DNA of 64,000 nucleotides from Chthoniobacter sp. (GTDB lineage Bacteria; Verrucomicrobiota; Verrucomicrobiia; Chthoniobacterales; Chthoniobacteraceae): NCBI GenBank assembly GCA_021414005.1, contig JAIOPH010000031.1, positions 111,973 to 175,972 of the forward strand, read 5' to 3'. Shown piece by piece: positions 1 to 9,279 of this stretch (position 1 is its first letter; each line of letters starts with the position of its first letter). The notes under the pieces were generated by a model. It saw only the letters and a program-made list of their open reading frames with translations, ran no database searches and was not told where the DNA came from. The position numbers and the translations under genes were made by a program.

Positions 1-537
1 AAGGCCCACACGTTTTTCGCTACTGTGCTGGCCGATGGCATCGGCACGCCGGAGCGGAAACGCGGCCGGTTTCGCGGTTACCTGCTCGGCGCGCTGAAGC
101 ACTTCCTTTCCAAACAGCGCGACGCCGCGCTCGCCGAGAAACGCGGCGGCGGCGCGGAGCGCGTTCCGATCGACGCCGGCACGGACACCTCGCCCGGCCT
201 GCCGCTGCCCGCCGCGCCGGACGATGCGCTCATCTTCGACCGCGCCTGGGCCTTCACCGTCATCGCCCGCGCGCTCGACGCGCTGGAGGCGGAGCACGCG
301 GAAAAAGCCACGCACTTCACCACGCTGAAACCGTGGCTCGACGGCGCCGGGGACATCCCGCAGGCCGACGCCGCCCGTGTGCTGGGCCTGTCGGAGACCG
401 CCGTGAAAGTGGCCATCCACCGCCTGCGGGCGCGCTTCCGCGAATTCCTCCGCGCCGAAGTCGCCGCCACCGTGAACGATCCCGCGGACGCCGCGGACGA
501 ACTCCGGCACCTCATCGAGATTGTCAGCGCGGCGTGA
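1..537 (+). CDS. ECF-type RNA polymerase sigma-70 factor, PVC type (5' partial)
   Basis: FRGYLLGALKHFLSKQRD (region 2) and ARVLGLSETAVKVAIHRLRARFRE (region 4 HTH); starts upstream of the window. Confidence 0.85.
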   Translation, partial: KAHTFFATVLADGIGTPERKRGRFRGYLLGALKHFLSKQRDAALAEKRGGGAERVPIDAGTDTSPGLPLPAAPDDALIFDRAWAFTVIARALDALEAEHAEKATHFTTLKPWLDGAGDIPQADAARVLGLSETAVKVAIHRLRARFREFLRAEVAATVNDPADAADELRHLIEIVSAA

Positions 538-549
538 TGCCGCCCGCGC

Positions 550-2802
550 TCACACCCGCTCGCGTTTTTTCAGCGCGAACCACGAGACCAAATATGTGAG
601 GATGCCCCACAGCGCGTGGCCGAGCAGCGCCCGCGCGGCGGGACGCCCGCGCGTGAAAACGTCGCCTGTGGTGAATTCGCGCTCGGGATCAAGGTTGCGA
701 TACGACTGGCCGTGGTCGCTGATCACATCGCCACTCAGCTCCCGCTGCCAGAGAAAGCTGGTGTCCATCACGGTCTGCGCGCTGAAGCTCGGCGTGAGGC
801 GACTCACGACGAGGACGGACTTGCTCATGTCGGCGGGGGCCACGGTGCGTCCAGAGAAAATGATCTGCGGGATGAGGATGAGCGGGACAAACATCACCGC
901 CTGCATCACCGACCGTGACAGGGCGGAGATCGTGAGCCCGATGCCCACAGCGGCGACCGCTGTGCCGAGCAGCGCCGCAAGCTGGAGCAGCACCGACCCA
1001 TCGCGCCCGCCGCTACCGACGATCATGGTCAGGTAAAGCAGCAGCGTTTGCAGCGCGGTGATGCTGGTGAGGAAAAGATACTTGCTTGCGAGGTAGGCGT
1101 GCGCGCCCACGCCGACGAGCCGCTCGCGTCGGTAAATGGCGAGCTCTTTCACAATCTCCTGCGCCGCATTGCTGCACCCGAACCACAGCGTGGCGAGATA
1201 CGCGAAGAACATCGTGAGGGAACGCTCGTTGCTCACCCACACCACGAGCACCGCGATGATGATCGGCTGGCCGATGAGCAGCGCAAAATTTCGCCAGTCC
1301 GAGCGCAGGATCGACCACTGCCGCGCGAGGAGGATCGGCAGGGCGAAAGCGCGGCGCGTCCGGCCCGCGGCCACCGGCACCGCAGGCGGCGCTGCCACTT
1401 CGATCGCCCCGGCGAGATTGCGCTCGGTGAAGGCTTTCTGCCAGTGCTTCGGCGGCTGCTCGCCGAGCCGGTCGTAAAGTCCGGTGAGCTTGGGCACCTT
1501 GAAGTATTCGCGCGCACTTTGCGCCGAGCCCTGAAACGCCAGACAACCGCCGACCAGCACGATGAGCTGGTCCATGAGGTAGGCGTTTTCCATGACGTGC
1601 GTGGTGCAGACGATGGTGCAGCCGGTGTCCGCGAGATCGCGGAGCAGCTCCATGAGTTGGAACTCCGTGGCGGGATCGAGGCCGGAGCTGGGCTCGTCGA
1701 GGAAGAGGATCGAGGGCCGCGCCAGCAGCTCCACGCCCACGCTCACGCGCTTGCGCTGGCCGCCGGAGAGATTGCTGATGGATTTCGCCGCGTGCGGGCG
1801 CAGACCGAGCTGATCGAGCGTTTGCAGGACGAGCTTTTGGATTTCCAGCGGTGGCGTGCCCGCCGGCAACCGCAGCCGCGCGCTGAAGCGCAGCGCTTCG
1901 GTTACCGTCAGCTCGGGATGCACAATGTCCTCCTGCGGGACGAACCCGAACGAGTGCGGATCGTGGCCCGCGTACACGTCCTCGCCATCCACAAACACCG
2001 CGCCGCGCTCCGGCGCGCGCAACCCGCTCAGCGTGGTCAGCAGCGACGATTTGCCCGCGCCGCTCGGGCCGATGATGCCGACGAAACGCGAAGCCGGGAT
2101 CGCGAGGTTCACGTCATCAAGGATCGTCAGCGCGCCCGAGCGAAAAAAGACGTTGCCCGCGCGGATGGTGCCGCCGGCGGCGTTGGCCACGCGGTTCAAG
2201 GCATGGCCGTCGAACTGAAAACAAAACGGCCCCACCTGCAGCCGATCGCCGATGGTCAGCGACTGTGTGTCGAACCGGTGGCCGTTCACAAATGAGCCGG
2301 CCGTGCTGTTCAGATCCGTGACCACCACACCTCCACCCGGCCCCATTTTCACCGTCACATGGCGGCGCGAGACGCCGGGATCGTTCAGCCAGACCTCGAT
2401 GCCCGCGTCGCGCCCGATGGTCATCTCGCCCACCACCTCGAAACGATCCGCCTGCTGCCCGCGCACCAGCATCTGCGCGCCCGCCGCCACTTCCTGCTCG
2501 CCCACGCGAGGCGGCTCTCCCACTCCAAATTCCACGATGGCCGGGCCGATCCCCACCTTGTCCCCCGGCTGGAGCGTGAATGGCGCGGTGATACGTTCGC
2601 CATTGACCAGCGTGCCGCGAACACTGCCGAGATCCTCGACGACGCACTGCTTTCCATCCCACGCAAACCGGCAGTGCTGCCGCGAAATCTCGACATGCTT
2701 CAGCACCAGCCCCGCGTCTGCGGAGCGCCCAGCCACGCAGACGCCGGGCTTGAGCGCATGGACTTTCGGCGACAGACCGCCAGTGACAGCGAGGTAGGGC
2801 AT
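550..2802 (-). CDS. ABC transporter with two FHA domains, ATPase and ABC-2 permease fused (Rv1747-like architecture)
   Basis: FHA motifs GRS...ISRQH and GRD...VSRRH; Walker A GPSGAGKS; signature LSGGQ; Walker B LFLDE; hydrophobic C-terminal half. Confidence 0.9.
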   Translation of the reverse strand: MPYLAVTGGLSPKVHALKPGVCVAGRSADAGLVLKHVEISRQHCRFAWDGKQCVVEDLGSVRGTLVNGERITAPFTLQPGDKVGIGPAIVEFGVGEPPRVGEQEVAAGAQMLVRGQQADRFEVVGEMTIGRDAGIEVWLNDPGVSRRHVTVKMGPGGGVVVTDLNSTAGSFVNGHRFDTQSLTIGDRLQVGPFCFQFDGHALNRVANAAGGTIRAGNVFFRSGALTILDDVNLAIPASRFVGIIGPSGAGKSSLLTTLSGLRAPERGAVFVDGEDVYAGHDPHSFGFVPQEDIVHPELTVTEALRFSARLRLPAGTPPLEIQKLVLQTLDQLGLRPHAAKSISNLSGGQRKRVSVGVELLARPSILFLDEPSSGLDPATEFQLMELLRDLADTGCTIVCTTHVMENAYLMDQLIVLVGGCLAFQGSAQSAREYFKVPKLTGLYDRLGEQPPKHWQKAFTERNLAGAIEVAAPPAVPVAAGRTRRAFALPILLARQWSILRSDWRNFALLIGQPIIIAVLVVWVSNERSLTMFFAYLATLWFGCSNAAQEIVKELAIYRRERLVGVGAHAYLASKYLFLTSITALQTLLLYLTMIVGSGGRDGSVLLQLAALLGTAVAAVGIGLTISALSRSVMQAVMFVPLILIPQIIFSGRTVAPADMSKSVLVVSRLTPSFSAQTVMDTSFLWQRELSGDVISDHGQSYRNLDPEREFTTGDVFTRGRPAARALLGHALWGILTYLVSWFALKKRERV

Positions 2803-2944
2803 GGACGTTTTCGGGTGCCGCCAAGTTAATGCGCCGAACCGCTCCGCAATTGCAAACTAGATGTCGGCAGCGATTCCAGAGCGGGCTCCGGACGACCTGT
2901 GTGCGATCTCGACAACTCGGCGGCGTTGGCTAGCTCCGCTCCCC

Positions 2945-3211
2945 ATGAGCACCGCACTTCTCGACATCCCCGCGTTCTGCCGTCGTGTGATCGTGTCCAG
3001 CTCTACGGAAGAGGGCGCGCGCAAGGCACTCTACGCCGAGGCGGGTGTGGCGGAATACTGGATCGTTCTCCCGCGCGAACGGAAAATCGAAGTCTATCGC
3101 CAGCCTGGAGACGGCATCTATGCGGCAAGAATGGTGGCGGAGGGCGACGCGGTCCTGACATGCAGCAGCGTGCCCGGTGTTCAGGTCGCCCTCGGTGAAT
3201 TGTTTGCGTGA
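2945..3211 (+). pseudogene. Uma2/DUF820-family endonuclease with internal deletion (88 aa)
   Basis: N-terminus MSTALLDIPAFCRRV joined directly to the C-terminal block K-ALYAEAGVAEYWIV...IEVYRQP; the central PD...LVIEV core is missing. Confidence 0.6.
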
Positions 3212-3325
3212 TCTGACGGGATTGTTTTGGGAACGCAAAAAGAGCGAACGTCACCTATGTGTCACTGCGTCGCGGATAGTGCGATCGAGTCACAGATAAG
3301 CATGTCATCATGGCGCTTTGAATAA

Positions 3326-3341
3326 ACAAGGCGTGCCTTGT
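3326..3341. promoter_or_regulatory. Palindrome ACAAGGC-GT-GCCTTGT, possible operator or enhancer upstream of the hsp20 pair
   Basis: Perfect 7-2-7 inverted repeat in the AT-rich intergenic region. Confidence 0.35.
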
Positions 3342-3406
3342 AATGCAGGACATAAATAGCTGTTATTCACCGTGTTTTAGATATTCTGCTAAGTGGAAGC
3401 GCAGAG

Positions 3407-3422
3407 TGGCACTGGGAAAGCT
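3407..3422 (+). promoter_or_regulatory. Possible sigma-54 -24/-12 promoter
   Basis: TGGCAC-TGGGA-AAGCT keeps GG-N10-GC spacing but has AA instead of consensus TT. Confidence 0.3.
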
Positions 3423-3479
3423 GAATAAGTATTCGTTAGTCAAGCCAACAACAAAAAACTTTACTTAACAACAAACATC

Positions 3480-3941
3480 ATGAGCCTAATTCGTTACCAA
3501 TTCCCTGAAGCTTCCAATTGGCCGTCTTCGGACCGCCTTTCAATCCTTCGCGATGAAGTGAATCGCCTGTTCGATTTCTCCTGGCCTAGCCGAGACAGCG
3601 GACTTTTCAGCGGCTGGTCGCCAGCTCTCGACGTGTATGACAACAAGGACAACCTTGTCGTCCAAGTCGAATTGCCCGGCATGAAGAAGGAAGAAATCGA
3701 GATTGCCCTGCACGAAGGTGTTTTGACAGTCTCCGGCGAACGGAAAACAGGGTCCGAGCGCAAGGAGGGCGAGGTCTTCCGCAGCGAGCGTTACTTCGGA
3801 AAATTCCAGCGCAGCGTGACTTTGCCGGTCGCTGTGGATGGCGCGCAAGTGAAGGCCTCCTACAAGGAGGGCGTCCTGACCATCGACCTGCCGAAAGCTG
3901 AAGAAGCAAAGCCCAAGCAGATAGCGATTAGCGTCTCGTAA
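3480..3941 (+). CDS. Hsp20/alpha-crystallin small heat-shock protein
   Basis: PALDVYD...VELPGMKKEEI...LTVSGERK...ERYFGKFQRSVTLP...ASYKEGVLTIDLPK. Confidence 0.95.
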   Translation: MSLIRYQFPEASNWPSSDRLSILRDEVNRLFDFSWPSRDSGLFSGWSPALDVYDNKDNLVVQVELPGMKKEEIEIALHEGVLTVSGERKTGSERKEGEVFRSERYFGKFQRSVTLPVAVDGAQVKASYKEGVLTIDLPKAEEAKPKQIAISVS

Positions 3942-3968
3942 CTCGCAACATCTACCCATCTCGAAATT

Positions 3969-4358
3969 ATGACTACCACCTGCACTCCACCCGCAACGAA
4001 GTCGGCCGAAGCCAGTAACGGTGCGACACGTGTCAGCTACCTAACGCCGCTGGCCAACATCCTCGAAACCAAAGAAGCCTACGTGCTCGAAGCTGAACTT
4101 CCGGGCGTCGCCAAAGAAAACCTCGAAGTAAGTGTAGAGAACGGACAACTTACCATAACGGGACGCCGTGCGGTTGGCGCGCCGCACGAGCGGACGGTGT
4201 ATCGCGAATCCCGTGGACTCGACTACCGGCGAACCTTCGAACTGGATCCCGCCATCAATGCCGCCGGGATCAGCGCGAAACTCGAACAAGGCGTGCTCAC
4301 CCTCACGCTGCCGAAAGCCGAGTCGGTAAAACCGCGGAAGATCGCGGTCAACGACTAA
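3969..4358 (+). CDS. Second Hsp20 small heat-shock protein
   Basis: PLANILET...AELPGVAKENLEV...YRRTFEL...AKLEQGVLTLTLPK...KPRKIAV. Confidence 0.95.
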   Translation: MTTTCTPPATKSAEASNGATRVSYLTPLANILETKEAYVLEAELPGVAKENLEVSVENGQLTITGRRAVGAPHERTVYRESRGLDYRRTFELDPAINAAGISAKLEQGVLTLTLPKAESVKPRKIAVND

Positions 4359-4375
4359 GCAGGACGGCGCTCACC

Positions 4376-4414
4376 ACACCCCGCAGGTCGCACCCGCGCC
4401 TGCGGGGTGTTTCC
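4376..4414 (+). terminator. Probable intrinsic terminator after the hsp20 pair
   Basis: ACACCCCGCAGG (4376-4387) pairs with CCTGCGGGGTGT (4399-4410), followed by a short T run. Confidence 0.55.
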
Positions 4415-4541
4415 GTTGCGCCCAATTGTGGTGAGGAGACTCGGCTAAGGCTGTGAAGCAGCCTTCCGGCACTGGGTGCTGTTGGTTCGGGAAAATTCCT
4501 CCGCGACAAATTCTCCGCCGTCCACTATTCCTCCGCGCCTT

Positions 4542-5468
4542 ATGAAACCTTACTGGAGCGGAGTCTTTCCCGCCATCACCACCCAATTGAAACGCGACGG
4601 CTCCCTCGATTTGGACGGCACGGCCCGTCATATCGAAGTGCTCCTTCATTCCGGCGTCGCCGGAATGGTCATGCTCGGCTCGCTCGGCGAAAATCAGTCG
4701 CTCGATCCCGACGAAAAACGTCAGGTCGCCGAACTCGCCGTGCGCGTGATCAAGGGCCGCGTGCCGGTGCTCAGCGGCGTGGCCGAGACGAGCGCAGCAG
4801 CCGCCATTCGTTATGTGCGCGACTGCGAGCGCCTCGGGCTCGATGGCTTCATGCTCATGCCTGCGATGAATTACAAGACGCCCGACCCGCAGGAAACGCT
4901 CGCCCATTTCCGCACCGTGGCGAAGTCCACCGGACTGCCGATCATGATCTACAACAACCCGATTAGCTACGGGAACGACATCACGCCGAAGATGTTCGCC
5001 GAGCTAGCGAGCGTGAAAAATTTCGTGGCGCTCAAGGAATCGAGCGGCGACACGCGGCGCATCACCGACCTGCACAACACCGTCGGCGGCCGCTACGCCA
5101 TCTTCACCGGCGTGGACAACCTCGCGCTGGAAAGCGCCATCCTCGGCATCGACGGCTGGGTCGCCGGGACGGGCATCGCCTTTCCCGCGGAAAACCAATA
5201 TTTGTGGGAACTGATGCAGGCCGGGCGCTGGGACGAGGCGCGCAAAATTTACCGCTGGTTCACGCCGCTACTGCACCTCGATGTGCATGTGAAATTCGTG
5301 CAATACATTAAGCTCGCGGTGCAGGAATGCGGCCTCGGCAACGAATGGACGCGCGCCCCGCGCCTCCCACTCGCCGGTGCGGAGCGCAAAGCTGTTCTCA
5401 AGATCATCCACGACGGCATCGCCGCGCGTCCGAAACTGCCGAAGCTGCCGAAGCTGCGCCGAAAATAG
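4542..5468 (+). CDS. DapA-family protein, probable 1-pyrroline-4-hydroxy-2-carboxylate deaminase (hydroxyproline catabolism)
   Basis: WSGVFPAITT, GSLGEN, IYNNP, LKESSGD, WVAG, YRWFTPLLHLD; neighbours a proline-racemase-family gene. Confidence 0.8.
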   Translation: MKPYWSGVFPAITTQLKRDGSLDLDGTARHIEVLLHSGVAGMVMLGSLGENQSLDPDEKRQVAELAVRVIKGRVPVLSGVAETSAAAAIRYVRDCERLGLDGFMLMPAMNYKTPDPQETLAHFRTVAKSTGLPIMIYNNPISYGNDITPKMFAELASVKNFVALKESSGDTRRITDLHNTVGGRYAIFTGVDNLALESAILGIDGWVAGTGIAFPAENQYLWELMQAGRWDEARKIYRWFTPLLHLDVHVKFVQYIKLAVQECGLGNEWTRAPRLPLAGAERKAVLKIIHDGIAARPKLPKLPKLRRK

Positions 5469-5478
5469 CGTTTGCCAC

Positions 5479-5505
5479 ATTGGTCAAATTGGTCAAATTA
5501 GGCAC
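5479..5505 (+). promoter_or_regulatory. Tandem 9-bp repeat ATTGGTCAA x2 (plus a degenerate third copy), probable toxin-antitoxin autoregulatory operator
   Basis: attggtcaa attggtcaa attaggcac lies directly before the antitoxin ATG. Confidence 0.5.
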
Positions 5506-5805
5506 ATGAACAATTCGGTGTCGCTTTACGAAGCCAAGACGCAGCTATCAACACTGCTGCGCGAGGTGGAAGGCGGGGCCGTGATCACGATCACGCGCCA
5601 CGGGAAGCCGGTCGCGGAGCTTCGCGGCTTGGCCGCCGAGCGTCCTCGCGCGCGCGCAGGCTCGCTGAAATCACCGGGCTTTTACATGGCGGACGATTTC
5701 GATGCGCCTCTGCCGGAGTTCGCCGAATACATGAGCACTACTGAAGAGGCGGCGCTGCGCGTGGCAGAGGAGCCGGCGACGAGGCAGGCGAAGCCCAGGC
5801 GCTGA
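5506..5805 (+). CDS. Phd/YefM-family antitoxin with DUF2281-like C-terminus
   Basis: VSLYEAKTQLSTLLREVEGG..ITITRHGKPVAEL; C-terminal GSLK..FYMADDFDAPLPEFAEYM. Confidence 0.9.
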   Translation: MNNSVSLYEAKTQLSTLLREVEGGAVITITRHGKPVAELRGLAAERPRARAGSLKSPGFYMADDFDAPLPEFAEYMSTTEEAALRVAEEPATRQAKPRR

Positions 5806-6194
5806 TGGATTTGCTCCTCGATACAAGCGCGCTCATCCTTTTCCTTGAGGCCTCCAAACGGCTGCCTCGCACGGTTAAGGAGTTGATCGAGTCTTCTGAC
5901 AACCGTGCTATGGTGAGCATCGTTTCGGCATGGGAGATCGCCATTAAATCAGCGATCGGAAAGCTCTCGATCCGCTATCGCGTGGAACCGGACTTGCGGC
6001 TGGCTTTGATGTCCAATGGCATCGAGATGTTGCCAGTCACATGGGAGGACATCGGCCGCCTGGAATCGCTGCCGCTGCATCACGGCGATCCTTTCGATCG
6101 GATGCTGATCGTGCAGGCGATGCGGCTCAGGCTTCACGCCGTAACGCCCGATGAAACGTGGGATCGATACGGTATTTCGCGGATATGGACCTAG
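5805..6194 (+). CDS. vapC: PIN-domain toxin (VapC family)
   Basis: [36 protein letters not shown]; start overlaps the antitoxin stop. Confidence 0.9.
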   Translation: MDLLLDTSALILFLEASKRLPRTVKELIESSDNRAMVSIVSAWEIAIKSAIGKLSIRYRVEPDLRLALMSNGIEMLPVTWEDIGRLESLPLHHGDPFDRMLIVQAMRLRLHAVTPDETWDRYGISRIWT

Positions 6195-7135
6195 GCGTTG
6201 GGGTTCCACAGCGCGTCACAGCCATCGACTCTCACACCGGCGGCGAGCCGACGCGCATTGTAATTGCGGGCGGGCCGGATCTGGGCGCTGGGAGTGTGGC
6301 GGAAAAAGCGCGGGTCTTTGGCGAGAAGCACGATTGCTTCCGTCGCGCCGTGGTGAATGAACCGCGCGGGAGCGATGTGCTCGTGGGCGCGCTGCTCGTC
6401 GAACCGGTGGACGCGACGTGCGCGGCGGGCGTGATTTTTTTCAACAACGTGGGCCTGCTCGGGATGTGCGGGCACGGTACCATCGGGCTCGTCGTCACAC
6501 TCGCGCATCTTGGCCGGATCGGTGTCGGAGCGCATCGGTTTGAAACGACTGTCGGAGTGGTCACGGCGACGCTGCACGCGGATGGGAGCGTGTCGGTTGC
6601 GAACGTGGACAGCTTTCGCAAGGCGCATGCGGCGACTGTGGAGGTGCCGGGCATCGGGCCGATCACGGGTGATGTGGCGTGGAGCGGAAACTGGTTCTTT
6701 CTCGTCGCCGAGCACGGGCAGGAGATCGTGCATGTGAACGCGGCCGCCCTGACTGGATTCGCAACGCGCATCCGCCGCGCGGTGAACGCGCAGGGTTTCC
6801 CCGAGGTCGATCACGTCGAGCTGTACGGCTCGCCAACGCAGGCGGGAAGCCATTCGCGGAGCTTTGTGCTCTGCCCCGGCGGTGCGTATGACCGCTCGCC
6901 GTGCGGCACTGGCACGAGCGCGAAACTCGCGTGTCTCGCCGCGGACGGAAAGCTGGCCGAGGGCGCGGAGTGGGCGCAGGAGAGCATCATCGGCAGCGTT
7001 TTCCGCGGCTCCTTCCGGTGGGTGGACCGCGCGCGCGGAATCATCGCGCCGACCATCACCGGCATCGCATACATCACCGCCGAAACCACCCTGCTGCTTG
7101 ATCCCGCCGACCCATTCCGGTGGGGGCTGACTTGA
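6185..7135 (+). CDS. Proline racemase family, probable 4-hydroxyproline 2-epimerase
   Basis: [28 protein letters not shown] and [11 protein letters not shown] with both catalytic Cys; start codon uncertain. Confidence 0.85.
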   Translation: MDLGVGVPQRVTAIDSHTGGEPTRIVIAGGPDLGAGSVAEKARVFGEKHDCFRRAVVNEPRGSDVLVGALLVEPVDATCAAGVIFFNNVGLLGMCGHGTIGLVVTLAHLGRIGVGAHRFETTVGVVTATLHADGSVSVANVDSFRKAHAATVEVPGIGPITGDVAWSGNWFFLVAEHGQEIVHVNAAALTGFATRIRRAVNAQGFPEVDHVELYGSPTQAGSHSRSFVLCPGGAYDRSPCGTGTSAKLACLAADGKLAEGAEWAQESIIGSVFRGSFRWVDRARGIIAPTITGIAYITAETTLLLDPADPFRWGLT

Positions 7136-7139
7136 TTCC

Positions 7140-8264
7140 ATGAAACTGATCCTCACGCTTCTCTTTGCCGCCACACTCACCTCGCTTGCGGCGGAGCGCC
7201 CCCGGTTGCAAATCATCAACGGCAGCACCGAGCCTATCGACATTTTCTGGCTCAAAAGTGATGGCGAGCGCGTGCTGAACGGCTCGGCGGAGCCCGGCGC
7301 GGACAACATCACCACCACGGCCATCGGGTATCAATTCGTGGTCGTCGGGCGGAGGGACAAGACCGAGGTGAAAGTGACTTCCGAGGTGCCGGTGCAGGGC
7401 TACCACTTCGACCCGCAGGGCAAAGACGGCGTGCCCGCTTTTTACACGCAGGCGGTGAGTGCCCACGGGTTTCCCATTGTCGCGTCCGCGAAAGTGAATC
7501 CGTATGCCCTGAAGGAGGCGGCCTTTCTCGTGGACCTCATGCTGGCGTCTCGGCCCGACGTGCGGACCGCGATGATCAAAAGTGGCGCGCGCATGTGCCT
7601 CCTCGCCCATGATGAATTCACCAGCGATCTGCCGGAGTTTGCGCGTTTCGCCAAAGACCCCGAACCCGATTTCCCGACCTTTACCGGCAAGGAATTTTGG
7701 GACGCCCGCGCCCGCGGCACCGGCGGCAGTCCGACCGATCCCTTTTGCACGAGCGCCGAGGAAAACCTGCTCGGCTTTCCCGGCGATCCCTATGCGGCGG
7801 AGTGCATCCTCATCCATGAATTCGCGCACTGCATCCACCTGCGCGGCATGACGAATGTGGACCCGACTTTCGACACGCGGCTCAAGACGACCTACAACGC
7901 GGCGATGAAGGCCGGCTTGTGGAAGGGAAAATACGCGAGCGTGAATCACCACGAATACTTCGCCGAGGGTGTGCAGTCGTGGTTCGACAACAACCGCGTG
8001 AACGACCACGACCACAACCATGTGAACACCCGCGCGCTGCTGCTCGAATACGATCCCGGCCTCGCCGCCATGTGCCGCGAAGTCTTCGGCGACACCGTGC
8101 TCAAATACACCAAGCCAGCCACGCGGCTCACCGGCCACATGGAGGGCTACGATCCGGCCAAGGCACCGTCATTCGTCTGGCCGGAGCGGCTCGCGGCGGT
8201 AAAGAAGGCGATCCACGAGCACGCCGTCGCCCGCGAAAAAAAGGCGAACGCCGCGGCCCCGTGA
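7140..8264 (+). CDS. Secreted zincin-like metallopeptidase with N-terminal VHL-beta-like domain
   Basis: Signal peptide; IINGSTEPIDIFWLKSDGE...EPG resembles the VHL beta domain; HEFAH zinc motif and downstream EYFAEGVQSWF. Confidence 0.7.
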   Translation: MKLILTLLFAATLTSLAAERPRLQIINGSTEPIDIFWLKSDGERVLNGSAEPGADNITTTAIGYQFVVVGRRDKTEVKVTSEVPVQGYHFDPQGKDGVPAFYTQAVSAHGFPIVASAKVNPYALKEAAFLVDLMLASRPDVRTAMIKSGARMCLLAHDEFTSDLPEFARFAKDPEPDFPTFTGKEFWDARARGTGGSPTDPFCTSAEENLLGFPGDPYAAECILIHEFAHCIHLRGMTNVDPTFDTRLKTTYNAAMKAGLWKGKYASVNHHEYFAEGVQSWFDNNRVNDHDHNHVNTRALLLEYDPGLAAMCREVFGDTVLKYTKPATRLTGHMEGYDPAKAPSFVWPERLAAVKKAIHEHAVAREKKANAAAP

Positions 8265-8298
8265 GACACACAGTGGGCGATCGGGTGTTCGTGGCGAG

Positions 8299-9279
8299 CT
8301 ACGCGCCCCGAGTCGGGCGGGCTTGCTGGCTTCGCGCATTTGACCAGCGGCAGCAGAGGTCGCGGGCGGCTTCGGGCCAGGTGGGAAAGTGGAAGGTAAA
8401 GCCGGAAGCGAGGAGGCGCGTGGGGGTGACGCGGCGGCTTTTGAGGATGAGTTCGCTTTCGGTGCGAAGGAAGCGGGTGCCGATCTCGATCAACCACGCG
8501 GGGGCGGGGAGACCGAAGGAGACGCCGGCTGCCTGGCGCAAGACGCGCATGAAGTCGGCGTTGGGGACCGGGTGGGGTGCGGCGAGGTTGATAGGGCCGG
8601 TGAGGTCGTCTCGGGCGATGATCCAGCGGATGGCGCGGATGAAATCCTCGTCGTGAATCCATGACATGAATTGGTGGCCGTCGCCGGCGCGCCCGCCGAG
8701 GCTGCGGCGTACGAGACCGAGCAGGGTGGCGAAAATTCCGCCGGCATCGGGGCTCATCGTCATGGCGGAGCGGAGGATCACTTTGCGGGTGTGCGGCGTG
8801 GACGCTTCCTCCAAGGCCCGCTCCCAGGCCCGCGCGACTTCGATGCTAAAGCGCCAAGTGTCCGGCGTGTTGGGTTCATCGCCGCCGAGGATACCGGTCG
8901 CCTCGTCGTTCGCAGATTCGTAACGGTGCGCGTAGATCGTCGCCGTGCCCGCCTGTAGCCACACGCGCGGCGGCTGTCTCGCGGCGGCGATGGCAAGGCC
9001 GACGGCGTGGGTCGAGTCCACGCGCGATTGCATGATCTCGCGCCGGTTCGCGGTGTGGTAGCGGCAGTTCACGCTGCGCCCGGCGAGATTGATGACGGCG
9101 TCCGCGCCGTCGAGCTGCGCGCACCAGTCGCCAGGCGTCGCTCCGTCCCACGCGAATGTTTTCCACGCAGTGGGCTGTGGATGGCGGGTGAGCACGACGA
9201 CCGCGTGTCCCTCGGCGTGAAAAGCTCGCGCGAGGAGGGTGCCGACCTGGCCAGACCCACCGGGGATGACGATCTTCAT
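8299..9279 (-). CDS. TIGR01777-family NAD-dependent epimerase/oxidoreductase (YfcH-like)
   Basis: MKIVIPGGSGQVG, DAVINLAGRSV, LGGRAGDGHQFMSWIH, ELILKSRRVTP. Confidence 0.9.
   Translation of the reverse strand: MKIVIPGGSGQVGTLLARAFHAEGHAVVVLTRHPQPTAWKTFAWDGATPGDWCAQLDGADAVINLAGRSVNCRYHTANRREIMQSRVDSTHAVGLAIAAARQPPRVWLQAGTATIYAHRYESANDEATGILGGDEPNTPDTWRFSIEVARAWERALEEASTPHTRKVILRSAMTMSPDAGGIFATLLGLVRRSLGGRAGDGHQFMSWIHDEDFIRAIRWIIARDDLTGPINLAAPHPVPNADFMRVLRQAAGVSFGLPAPAWLIEIGTRFLRTESELILKSRRVTPTRLLASGFTFHFPTWPEAARDLCCRWSNARSQQARPTRGA

Noticed and set aside
3366-3392. Possible CIRCE (HrcA) element before hsp20
   Set aside because: Only the TGCTAA right half resembles the consensus; the left half at the correct spacing does not match TTAGCACTC.
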